From a bacterium (lineage in GTDB: Bacteria > Patescibacteriota > Microgenomatia > UBA8517): DNA of 64,000 nt. Location of the stretch: NCBI GenBank assembly GCA_030583725.1, contig CP129472.1:206958-270957 (forward strand). Reading direction: 5' to 3'. Numbering within the stretch: position 1 is the first letter of the stretch; each line of letters begins with the position of its first letter. Made by a program: the position numbers and the translations under genes. Under the pieces are notes generated by a model that was not told the origin of the DNA, made no database searches, and saw only the letters and a list, made by a program, of their open reading frames with translations. This document shows positions 1-8,890 of this stretch, piece after piece.

Positions 1-46
1 GGGCTGAAGTTGATTTATGTCTAATTGAATTACTTCTTCTGCCATA

Positions 47-298
47 TTATTTTGTAACTATATTAACTAGTTTTTTGCCTAATTTGGTTGTAAATTTAAC
101 AACACCAGTTTTGACTGCATATAGGGTATGATTTCTACCTACCTTGACATTTTTTCCTGCTCCAATTTTTGTACCATTTTGGCGAACTAAAATTTCACCT
201 GAGTTAACAGGTTGCATACCTGAAACTTTTGTACCCAATCTTTTACCTGCTGGGCTTACGTGTTGTTTTGCTTTTCCTGCGGCTTTGTGTGTTGACAT
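47..298 (-). CDS. rpmA: 50S ribosomal protein L27
   Basis: 83 aa with GKRLG..IxVRQ.GTK..G.NVG.GRDHTL motif pattern of L27; located downstream of rplU. Confidence 0.9.
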   Translation of the reverse strand: MSTHKAAGKAKQHVSPAGKRLGTKVSGMQPVNSGEILVRQNGTKIGAGKNVKVGRNHTLYAVKTGVVKFTTKLGKKLVNIVTK

Positions 299-352
299 AT
301 TTGATTATGAATATAGACTAACTTTTCACGCTTGTCAAGTGACTAGAAGTTA

Positions 353-697
353 CTAGTTTGATATTTTTTGTACTAAAAGTCTGGTGTATTGAGCACGAAA
401 TCCTATATGCCTTCTCTGTCTTGATTTGGCTTTATACTTAAAGACTCTTACCTTTTCACCTTTTTCAACTTCTGTTAAAACTTTCAAAGTAACTTTTGCT
501 TTTTCTAAAACTGGAGTTCCAATTTCTACATTGTCTCCATCAGAAACTAATAATACTTCCGCTTCTGCTTTTTTTGTATCTGTCAATTTGTCAACCAAAA
601 CTTCTTGGCCTTCAGAAACTTTGTATTGTTTTCCACCAATTCTGATAACTGCAAATTTAACTGCAGATTTATCTGCTGGCAAGATTTTCTTATCCAT
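353..697 (-). CDS. rplU: 50S ribosomal protein L21
   Basis: FAVIRIGGKQYKVSEG...VFKYKAKSRQRRHIGFR core typical of L21; true start may be an internal non-ATG codon. Confidence 0.85.
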   Translation of the reverse strand: MDKKILPADKSAVKFAVIRIGGKQYKVSEGQEVLVDKLTDTKKAEAEVLLVSDGDNVEIGTPVLEKAKVTLKVLTEVEKGEKVRVFKYKAKSRQRRHIGFRAQYTRLLVQKISN

Positions 698-819
698 ATG
701 TTGTATTTTAAAGCCAAACCTAACTAATTACAATAATTAAACCATTTTTGTGTTTCGTAGTACATGTGGCAGGATATTATAATTTTTATTTTATAAAATT
801 ATGCTATCCATGTACTACG

Positions 820-878
820 GAAACTGACAACAACATCGTTGAGGCTAGGGATTCCTCTCTAACGTCGTTGTCAGTTTC
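820..878. repeat. Inverted repeat GAAACTGACAAC(A/G)AC separated by about 29 nt, immediately 3' of the GC-rich ORF stop
   Basis: 820-834 gaaactgacaacaac vs reverse complement of 864-878; 14 of 15 nt match. Confidence 0.6.
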
Positions 879-884
879 AATTGA

Positions 885-1325
885 CTACCCGGTAACCATA
901 CGCGCCGCCAAAATGAGCAGGATCGAAGAGATGATAATCGTCACCCTTTTGACCTTCTTGGCCTCAAGCTTGAAACCATGCTGGCCGGTGATGACAACGT
1001 CAACACCTTCGAAAGTCATTTCGTCACCGCCGGTTTTTGCAGGTTTTTCCGCCTTGGGTTTTTCCGGACCAACACCCATGAGGTAATACCTGTCACCGAC
1101 TTTCTTGGCGCGCGCCTTGAACAGGATCTTGCCGAAATCGGCTTGCGGAAACACAGCGATATGAAGCGAAGAAGTGATTTTATTCTTCACCGCTCCAATC
1201 GATGCTCCTGTCTCACCGCGCTCATCCAAAAGCCGGCTAACCGCATCTGCTGCCGTTTGTCGCATATCAGGATTCAACTTTACGTGTGCCATAACAAAGT
1301 ACCTCCGATTTGAATTTTGATACAC
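885..1325 (-). CDS. Hypothetical protein, compositionally foreign (about 50% GC vs about 30% background), with a C-terminal hydrophobic tail
   Basis: Uninterrupted 146-codon ORF; second in-frame Met (MAHVKLNPD..) is a likely start; no family recognised. Confidence 0.45.
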   Translation of the reverse strand: MYQNSNRRYFVMAHVKLNPDMRQTAADAVSRLLDERGETGASIGAVKNKITSSLHIAVFPQADFGKILFKARAKKVGDRYYLMGVGPEKPKAEKPAKTGGDEMTFEGVDVVITGQHGFKLEAKKVKRVTIIISSILLILAARMVTG

Positions 1326-1423
1326 TATCCCTAATTAGTGTTTAAACGTGCGCACGCTTTCGCGTGGGGATATTCTATAGTATTCTCCTGTAAATGTAAA
1401 CTTATAGTTTATTTAAATAAGGA

Positions 1424-1437
1424 TGCTATATCAGCAT
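1424..1437 (-). terminator. Putative hairpin (CAGCAT-TT-ATGCTG) just 3' of the rodA stop
   Basis: Perfect 6-bp palindrome followed on the minus strand by AT/U-rich sequence; the loop is very short, so this is weak. Confidence 0.3.
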
Positions 1438-1445
1438 TTATGCTG

Positions 1446-2477
1446 TTATAGTTTTTTAGTCCCAACTACAATACCTAGTGTAATCATGGTGGCAAGTAGG
1501 GAAGAACCACCAGCTGAAACTAAAGGATATGGCACACCTGTTATGGGTAATAACCCCATATTCATACCAGTATGAACAAAAACCTGTGCAAACAGTGTCA
1601 AAAAAACTCCAGAAAGAAAAATTCTTGCAGGGATATTTAGGGGATTATCTAAATACTTAACAATTCTAAAAAATAACACCGCTGTTAAAGCTAATAATAT
1701 AAATGCACCAATAAATCCCATTTCCTCAGAAATGGAAGCAAATATAAAATCTGTGTGTCTCTCTGGTAAAAACAATAATTGGGTGTTAACCCCTTTACCC
1801 AGTCCCCTACCAAAAAACATTCCTGAACCTACTGAAATTGTTGACTGGATTGCATTATAGCCAACACCTAAAGGATCACTTGCTGGGTCAAGAAATGAAG
1901 TTATTCTCGTCTTCTGATACGGTGCCAATGAAAAGTAAATGAGTGGAATTAATGCAACCACAATTAATCCTAAATATAAAAAGTTTTTCTTATTTAAATC
2001 AGCTGCCAAGAAAAGTCCCAAGAACCCCACAGCAGTTAAGGCAGTAACACCTAATGAAGGTTGAACTAAAATTAAAAATAAAGGGATTCCCATCAAAATT
2101 AAGGTATGAATTATTCTTTTTAAGTCAAGTTTTTTATAAGTTAAATAGTTTGCAAAAAAGACAAGTAAAAATGGTCTAACTATTTCCGATGGTTGAAATG
2201 ATAGGCCTCCTATTGGTATCCATCTGACTGTTCCCCTCGTAGCTTGTCCTATTATTAAAGTTACTACTAGCAGTAAGATTGAAATAATATATAAATATTT
2301 AGAGAAAGCTGAAAACACTTCAAAATCAAAAAGTGAGAAAAATAAAAATGCTATTATGCCCAGACCAAAATACCAAAAGTAAGATGGGAAAAGTGCGGGG
2401 CTTATGGAATTTAAAATAAAATAACTAAAAATTAGAAGTAAGACAACCGGTAATATTAAATATATATCAAGCTTCAT
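1446..2477 (-). CDS. rodA: SEDS-family peptidoglycan glycosyltransferase (RodA/FtsW family)
   Basis: Polytopic membrane protein with conserved SEDS C-terminal block (GxPYPLVSAGGSSLL); a second SEDS gene sits in the dcw cluster, so this one is called rodA. Confidence 0.7.
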   Translation of the reverse strand: MKLDIYLILPVVLLLIFSYFILNSISPALFPSYFWYFGLGIIAFLFFSLFDFEVFSAFSKYLYIISILLLVVTLIIGQATRGTVRWIPIGGLSFQPSEIVRPFLLVFFANYLTYKKLDLKRIIHTLILMGIPLFLILVQPSLGVTALTAVGFLGLFLAADLNKKNFLYLGLIVVALIPLIYFSLAPYQKTRITSFLDPASDPLGVGYNAIQSTISVGSGMFFGRGLGKGVNTQLLFLPERHTDFIFASISEEMGFIGAFILLALTAVLFFRIVKYLDNPLNIPARIFLSGVFLTLFAQVFVHTGMNMGLLPITGVPYPLVSAGGSSLLATMITLGIVVGTKKL

Positions 2478-5403
2478 CGCTTAATGATACACCAAATTCA
2501 CCCTCAGTAATATTAACCACAAGTGTCTTTTTAATTAACCAATCCTTAAGCTCTTTATTTTTTGGTACCCAAGAAGTAATCAAATTTATTTTAGCATCCA
2601 TCTCCACACCCATATCTTTTCTAGCAGCCTGTATTTTTCTAATAAGTTCTCTTGCTTTTGCTTCTTCCTCAAGTTCAGGGGTAATATTTAGGTCTAATTT
2701 ATTTTCTTTTTGATCGTATTTGATTGATTTAACATTAAGTTCATCCAAAATAAGTTGTTCTAGTTCTTCTGTCTCAAATTGTTTCTGCGTAGTTAAAAAT
2801 TGAGATAGTGGTTGCCTAACTGGAACATTATTTTCTTTTCTTAAACTATGGCCCACTTCAACCATTTCCCTGACCTTATTCATTTCCAATAGAAGGTCCT
2901 TATCTTGATTATTCAATAGTGCGGATTCTGGCCATGAAGACAGATGCACAGATTCCTCCTTAGTTAAATTTGTATATATGAAATCAGCGATAAATGGTAC
3001 AAAGGGAGCTAGCAATTTAGATAATATAACTAAAACTTGATAAGTAGTATTATAAAAACGATCGTCCCTCCTATCTCTTGACCTCCTGATATACCAAACT
3101 GACAGATCATCAACGAATTTATCAATTGAAGAACTAGAATTATATGGATCAAATTTTTCTAAATTTTCAGTAACTGAATTTACCGTTTCATTCAATCTGG
3201 CTAAAATCCAACGGTCTATGGCACTTAAGCCCTCAGCATCTTTGGGGTGTTGTTTGGATGGTGTAAATCTATCCAAATTAGCATAAGTTATAAAAAAGTT
3301 ATAGATATTCCAAATCTTTAAATGAAACTGACGTCTAGTGTCATCGGCTAGTCTATAGCCAAATAACATATTAGTAGCGGGATCTTGTCTGGCAAACATC
3401 CATCTCATAACGTCTGATCCGATTTTGTCGGCAGCCTCATTAAATTCAATAGCATTCCCCCACGATTTATGCATCGCCCTTCCATCTTCTCCAAGCTGGG
3501 TTGCAAAGCCCAAAACAGTTTTAAAGGGGGTTTTGTTTTCCAACACAGTGCTCATTGCAATCATTGAGTAAAACCAATTTTTAAATTGTCCTGGAAAACT
3601 TTCTGTAATGAAATCAACTGGAAACCATTTTTCCCACTCCTTCTTGTTAGTTAAATAAAGAGGTTTTGTATCAGTGACTTCAAAATTACTGGCCTTATTG
3701 TTTTCAGAGATTGTTGAAAACTGAACAATCCCCGCGTCTAACCAAGGGTTACCCACTGGCTCAATTCTTGATGTAACTTCACCACATACTAAACATTTTA
3801 TTTTCACCTCATCAATTTGTGGTTTGTGAGGAGACTTACCGTCAAACTTATCCCAACCTGACACTGTTCTTTCTTTTAATTCTTCTTTCCCCCCAACAAC
3901 ATCAAAGTTTCCACATTTATTACATTCCCAAATTGGAAGTGCTAAACCCCAGTATCTATTCTTTTTACTAATTAGCCAATCATGCATATTATCAAGCCAA
4001 TCAAGTTCTCTTTTTAAACCAAACTCAGGAATCCAAGTAATTTTCTTAGCAGTATCTTTCATTCTCTCCCTCAATGTTAAGTTTGATTTACTAGGCAAAG
4101 AATTTTGTGAAGGCTTGTCCATGGCTATATACCACTCGTCTGTAACTTTCCATACAAGTTCTGATTTACATCTCCAACAAGCCGGATATCTATGTTTATA
4201 TCTTTCAATCTTAAAAGAAAAATTATTTTCCTTCATCTTTTCTAAAATTAATTCGGGATGCTTTTTTGCATTTTGGCCACTTAAATCTCCAAAACCATCC
4301 ATATACGATGCATCGTCGTTAATTACAGGAATCATTGGTAGCCCTAGTTTGCGACCTAGTTTAAAGTCTTCCGTTCCTGCCGAAACTGCAGTGTGAACTA
4401 AACCTGTTCCTTCAGTAGTAGTAATAGGCATGATTAAGTCAATCGTCTCGACCACTGTATGAAATTTACCCAAACTTTCTTTTGCAACTTTAGCAACTGC
4501 CGGCAAGTCATCAAAAAGACCCTTATATTTAAGACCAACCAGTTTTGAGCCTTTAACTTTTTTAAGTTCTTTGTATTCAAAACCTGTTAAGACTCTTTCT
4601 TTTGCTTCTTCTGCAAGCCATAATTTTTCGTCATTTACTTCAACTAATACGTAATCAAGTTTTTTATCAACCGCCACCGCAATGTTTGCAGGGATTGTCC
4701 ATGGGGTTGTAGTCCAAACAAGCAAATTTTCATCCGTCTCCTGAATTGGAAATTTCATATAGATCGACTCGTGTACAGCTTCTTTATAATCTTCAGTCAA
4801 CATTTCATGTTGTGATATTGCGGTTTCACATCTAGGACACCAAGGAACTGAATCTTTACCTTTATAAAGCCAACCATTTTGATGAACAACTTTTAAGAAG
4901 TGCCAAATCATATAATTGTTGTCGTCTGAAAGCGTGTAATACGAATGATCCCAATCCGCGAAATATCCCAATCGTTTACTTTGTTCGGTTTGAATTCCAG
5001 AATATTTTTTTGCCCTTTCTTTACAAAGTGCAACAAACTTATCTACCCCAAATTTCTCAATATCTTTTTTACTTTTAAAGCCTTGTTCTTTTTCAACTTC
5101 AACTTCAACCCACAAACCTTGGCAATCAAAACCATTTTGATGTCTTTGACGAAAGCCCTGCATACTTTTAAACCTTGGCCATAGATCTTTATAGGTCCTA
5201 CCCCACGCATGGTGAACACCCATTGGATTATTTGCAGTTATTGGACCATCCTGAAAGGAAAAATATTTTTTAGACTTTTTATTTCTATTCAAATATTTAT
5301 CAACGATCCCGTCATTATACCAATGGTCTAAGAGCTCTCTTTCCATCTTTGGAAAGTCAGGTTTTGGCTCAACAGCTTTAAAATAATTTTTTAATTTTTG
5401 CAT
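2467..5403 (-). CDS. ileS: Isoleucyl-tRNA synthetase (class I aaRS)
   Basis: 978 aa; HHAWG region in place of HIGH; MHKSWGN (KMSKS-like); DWLISKKNRYWG; four CxxC zinc knuckles; AUC specifier in the upstream T-box; gene order next to the division cluster as in Firmicutes. Confidence 0.7.
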   Translation of the reverse strand: MQKLKNYFKAVEPKPDFPKMERELLDHWYNDGIVDKYLNRNKKSKKYFSFQDGPITANNPMGVHHAWGRTYKDLWPRFKSMQGFRQRHQNGFDCQGLWVEVEVEKEQGFKSKKDIEKFGVDKFVALCKERAKKYSGIQTEQSKRLGYFADWDHSYYTLSDDNNYMIWHFLKVVHQNGWLYKGKDSVPWCPRCETAISQHEMLTEDYKEAVHESIYMKFPIQETDENLLVWTTTPWTIPANIAVAVDKKLDYVLVEVNDEKLWLAEEAKERVLTGFEYKELKKVKGSKLVGLKYKGLFDDLPAVAKVAKESLGKFHTVVETIDLIMPITTTEGTGLVHTAVSAGTEDFKLGRKLGLPMIPVINDDASYMDGFGDLSGQNAKKHPELILEKMKENNFSFKIERYKHRYPACWRCKSELVWKVTDEWYIAMDKPSQNSLPSKSNLTLRERMKDTAKKITWIPEFGLKRELDWLDNMHDWLISKKNRYWGLALPIWECNKCGNFDVVGGKEELKERTVSGWDKFDGKSPHKPQIDEVKIKCLVCGEVTSRIEPVGNPWLDAGIVQFSTISENNKASNFEVTDTKPLYLTNKKEWEKWFPVDFITESFPGQFKNWFYSMIAMSTVLENKTPFKTVLGFATQLGEDGRAMHKSWGNAIEFNEAADKIGSDVMRWMFARQDPATNMLFGYRLADDTRRQFHLKIWNIYNFFITYANLDRFTPSKQHPKDAEGLSAIDRWILARLNETVNSVTENLEKFDPYNSSSSIDKFVDDLSVWYIRRSRDRRDDRFYNTTYQVLVILSKLLAPFVPFIADFIYTNLTKEESVHLSSWPESALLNNQDKDLLLEMNKVREMVEVGHSLRKENNVPVRQPLSQFLTTQKQFETEELEQLILDELNVKSIKYDQKENKLDLNITPELEEEAKARELIRKIQAARKDMGVEMDAKINLITSWVPKNKELKDWLIKKTLVVNITEGEFGVSLSDEA

Positions 5404-5560
5404 AGCACCTTAATAATATAATATTAAGGGCGACTTATGAAGACGCGGTACCACCTTAAGTTGATTCTTAATTACTGCTGTTACGGGCTTACCCGAAAGG
5501 TTCTACTCTCAAAAAGATTTCCTCCTTTAGCAAGTGATCGATCTTCACTTATAGCTTGTA
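5404..5560 (-). promoter_or_regulatory. T-box riboswitch leader of ileS, translational type, with Ile (AUC) specifier
   Basis: Minus strand reads AACUUAAGGUGGUACCGCG (T-box consensus). The downstream hairpin CCUUAAUA..UAUUAAGG sequesters the SD AAGGUG directly before the ATG. The upstream mini stem I AAGUGA-AGAUCGA-UCACUU carries AUC in its loop. Confidence 0.7.
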
Positions 5561-5627
5561 CATTATTGTAACACTGTTTATACTTTTTTTCCATCTAAAG
5601 ATGCATACCCCATAACTTGACAATGTA

Positions 5628-5646
5628 TGGTGGTGGTGGTGGTACC
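5628..5646. repeat. (TGG)5 microsatellite followed by TACC
   Basis: tggtggtggtggtggtacc; on the ileS leader strand it reads GGUACC(ACC)4A. Confidence 0.9.
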
Positions 5647-5849
5647 ATTAGCCTCAGTAAATCGAAAAACTCAGGTTTGTTTGCAATCTTATAGTATTTC
5701 GGTTTTATTTGTTTATTCTTGCACTTTAATAAAATGTGGATTGTTTTATTCTTTCCTAAGTAGGTAGCTTTCTGGATATTATTCTGTATTTAGGAAAATA
5801 CCTATTTGGGTAGAAAAAAATCGATTTTTATCAAAAAAGGAGAAATAGA

Positions 5850-6236
5850 ATGGCTAAAGTAACGATCGTTAACGAACTCCCTGTTGTAGACTCTACACAT
5901 TTCCCCGAGTTGCCAAAGGATTTCAAAGGAAAGCATTATGTTATGTTCGATAGTAAATGGCAAAGTTATGAAGAAGAAAACGTGGCAGCATTGATCTTGA
6001 CCGCTGTTGCGCGGAGCGGAAAGTGGGAACCCGTCTCTTGGAGTAATTTTGTTGCTCTTATTAAAGATGGCGGAGTTACTCGCGAGATTGGTCTTGGTTC
6101 AGATTTGGGGCTAGCTATCCAACGCGTTGCTATTACTGGCGACATTGAATTGATCAAACTGGGAAACGAAGTCTATCTCGTTCCAACCCCTGTTCTGGCT
6201 GAGACAGTCAAACGCTCGATCATTCGTTACTACTAA
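5850..6236 (+). CDS. Hypothetical protein, GC-elevated ORFan on the opposite strand between ileS and ftsZ
   Basis: 128-aa ORF with AAAAGGAG SD 8 nt upstream; GC visibly higher than flanks; no family recognised. Confidence 0.5.
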   Translation: MAKVTIVNELPVVDSTHFPELPKDFKGKHYVMFDSKWQSYEEENVAALILTAVARSGKWEPVSWSNFVALIKDGGVTREIGLGSDLGLAIQRVAITGDIELIKLGNEVYLVPTPVLAETVKRSIIRYY

Positions 6237-6344
6237 ACAATTCCATAATAAAGTACAAGAAATCGCCCTCAGCATTGAGATTTAGGCTTTTATAGCTAAT
6301 TTTTCTCGATGTTGGGGGTTGTTTCGTTTCTAAAAACTATCTTG

Positions 6345-7508
6345 TTAATGAATTTTGCGCAAGAATGCTGGTATCTCAAATTTTTCTCCAAATACATCAT
6401 CATTATTGTTGTTTTCTTCATTATCATCATCATTTTCCAACTTTTGGTTTAAGTCATCCAAATTTTTTTCTTCCTGCTTAACTGGCTCTGAAACAACACC
6501 TGTAACAACTGGTCTAATGTTTGTAGGTCTCATCTGTGCAATTCTAGATCTTGTTTCATCAAAGCCTGTAGCTATAACTGTGATTCTAACTTGATCTGAT
6601 AGTCCTTCTTTAATTACTGCACCAAATATTATATTTGCATCTTGATCTGCTGCAGCTGAAATTATTTTTGCAGCCTCATCGACCTCATACATTGTTAAGT
6701 CTTTACCACCAGCAATATTAAATAGAACTCCCCTTGCACCTTCAATTGAAAGGTCTAAAAGTGGTGAAGATACTGCAGCCCTTGCTGCCATTTGGGCCCT
6801 ATTTTCACCAACACCTGTACCAATTCCCAAAAGTGCAGTTCCTGCCTGATTCATAATGGCACGAACGTCTGCAAAATCGACGTTAACAAGTCCTGGGGTT
6901 GTAATTATTTCTGCAATACCACCAACACCCTGCTCAAGAACTGAGTCAACAACCTTAAATGCATCCACTAAACTCATCTTCCTGTCTATAACATCCATTA
7001 ACCTCTGGTTTGGAATGACAATCAAAGTGTCCACTGCTTCTCTTAATTTTTCTATACCTTCTTCTGCAGCCACAGTCCTTCTTGTACCTTCAAATGCAAA
7101 TGGTTTTGTAACAATTCCAACAGTTAATGCCCCTGACTCCTTGGCAAGTCTGGCAATTACTGGAGCAGCTCCAGTACCTGTCCCACCACCCATACCAGCT
7201 GTAACAAAGACCATATCAGTATCAATCATTAATTCTTTTAATTTTTCGATTGATTCTTCTGCAGCTTGGGCTCCAATTTCTGGATTTCCACCAACACCTA
7301 ACCCTTTAGTTATTTTTTCACCTATTTGAATCTTTGTTGGAGCCTTATTTGTTAGAAGTACTTGTGAGTCTGTATTGGCAACAATGAACTCAACACCTGA
7401 TATGGTTCCATTCTCGACCATTGAAGATACAGCGTTTCCACCACCACCACCAACTCCAATCACTTTGATTTTTGCGATTCTTGCAGAATCAGGTTTTACT
7501 AAAGCCAT
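6345..7508 (-). CDS. ftsZ: Cell division GTPase FtsZ
   Basis: GVGGGGGNAV, tubulin signature GGGTGTG, C-terminal FtsA-binding peptide EIPAFLRK; start placed at MALVKPD (the ORF-track start lies 27 nt upstream). Confidence 0.95.
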   Translation of the reverse strand: MALVKPDSARIAKIKVIGVGGGGGNAVSSMVENGTISGVEFIVANTDSQVLLTNKAPTKIQIGEKITKGLGVGGNPEIGAQAAEESIEKLKELMIDTDMVFVTAGMGGGTGTGAAPVIARLAKESGALTVGIVTKPFAFEGTRRTVAAEEGIEKLREAVDTLIVIPNQRLMDVIDRKMSLVDAFKVVDSVLEQGVGGIAEIITTPGLVNVDFADVRAIMNQAGTALLGIGTGVGENRAQMAARAAVSSPLLDLSIEGARGVLFNIAGGKDLTMYEVDEAAKIISAAADQDANIIFGAVIKEGLSDQVRITVIATGFDETRSRIAQMRPTNIRPVVTGVVSEPVKQEEKNLDDLNQKLENDDDNEENNNNDDVFGEKFEIPAFLRKIH

Positions 7509-7624
7509 ATAATAATAAATATTTAAAAAATACAAATGGGGCAGCCTACTCTTACGTAAGCATTATATAGTTTTTGAGTATCTAGTCAAACTTTACAAGA
7601 ATTTGCCCAATAATCAAGCACCAA

Positions 7625-8890
7625 TTAAGGAAGTAGGTCTTTGATGGATTCTATAATCTTATGCACAAATCCTTTTCCTGGAAGATTTAATTTTAATGGA
7701 AATCTTATCCCACCATCTTCATCTTGATTTTCTTTTGATGCGTAAAGGAGAAGTCCCAATGGAACTGCAAAGGCTGGGTCTAAACAGTCATCAACCAGAC
7801 CGCCAACCCCTGTGGGTATGCCAATTCTCACAGGAAGTGCAAGCATTCTTTTGGCTGAGTCACTACAGCCCACAGTTTTGGATCCACCACCAGTAACTAT
7901 TGCACCAGATGGAATTCTATTTATTATTTTCTCTCTTTCAAGTTCAAGTCTGACCATTGTAAAAATTTCATTTAAGCGAGGTCTAATTATTCCTTCTGTC
8001 AATGTTTTTTTAGAAACTTTACTAACTTCTGATATACCTAAGGCAGAAAGGTCTAAGTCGTCTTTTGATTCTTTTTCTTGTTTTTTTGCATCTGAAAGTG
8101 AAATCTTTATCTTTTCTGCAGTATCTAAAGTAACCCTTAACCCAATAGCTATATCGTTTGTAACATTTTTAGCCCCAACAGGAATGACCCCAGAATAGGC
8201 AATTGATCCATCAACAAAGGCTACAACTGAAGTAGTACCCGCACCAATATCAATTAAGACACAACCCAGTTCTTTTTCAGTTTCTGTCAATACTGAGTGA
8301 GCACCAGCAAAACCGGAAAACACCATATCATTAATCTTGACACCTGCATCGGTTAAAGTCTTTGAAAGATTTTTAATAGCTGCGTTTGAAGCAGTTACAA
8401 CATGGGTTTCTACCTCCAGTCTTACCCCACTCATACCAACAGGGTCTTTAACTCCAGATTCACCATCCACTACAAACTCTCGTGGAAGTATATGAACAAT
8501 TTCACGAGAAGCTGGTAAGGATATGGCAGAAGCAGCATCTATTACTCTCTCTATATCAGATGGAGTAATTTCACCAGATGGCCCTGAAACAGCTACAACT
8601 CCATGTGAATTTTGTGAATGAATATGTGCCCCACCTAATGATACATAGGCAGAATCTAAATTATGTCCAGCCATTCTTTCTGCTGCTTCAATGGAAGTAA
8701 TTGCGGATTCTACTGTCTCTTCAATGTTAACTATCTGACCTTTTTTAACACCTCTTGAGGGAAAAGAGGAAACACCAATTATATTAATTTTTGGCATATA
8801 TGAGTTTTCTTCCACGGTTATCTGAGCAACAACTACAGCTGTTTTACTACTTCCCAAATCTATAGCTGTAACAATTTTACTTTTATTCAT
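7625..8890 (-). CDS. ftsA: Cell division protein FtsA (actin-like ATPase)
   Basis: IDLGSSKT N-terminus, DIGAGTT phosphate-2 motif; directly upstream of ftsZ. Confidence 0.9.
   Translation of the reverse strand: MNKSKIVTAIDLGSSKTAVVVAQITVEENSYMPKINIIGVSSFPSRGVKKGQIVNIEETVESAITSIEAAERMAGHNLDSAYVSLGGAHIHSQNSHGVVAVSGPSGEITPSDIERVIDAASAISLPASREIVHILPREFVVDGESGVKDPVGMSGVRLEVETHVVTASNAAIKNLSKTLTDAGVKINDMVFSGFAGAHSVLTETEKELGCVLIDIGAGTTSVVAFVDGSIAYSGVIPVGAKNVTNDIAIGLRVTLDTAEKIKISLSDAKKQEKESKDDLDLSALGISEVSKVSKKTLTEGIIRPRLNEIFTMVRLELEREKIINRIPSGAIVTGGGSKTVGCSDSAKRMLALPVRIGIPTGVGGLVDDCLDPAFAVPLGLLLYASKENQDEDGGIRFPLKLNLPGKGFVHKIIESIKDLLP

Noticed and set aside
299-352. ACTAG..ACTAGT motif between rplU and rpmA as a regulatory element
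   Set aside because: It is a short, low-complexity element and probably just an intergenic spacer carrying the rpmA SD.
780-1440. Possibility that the GC-rich block is a structured RNA gene (RNase P RNA, tmRNA, group I intron) rather than protein-coding
   Set aside because: No CR-I/CR-V RNase P motifs, tmRNA tag-reading-frame or terminal features were found. The region carries an uninterrupted 146-codon ORF with sensible codon periodicity.
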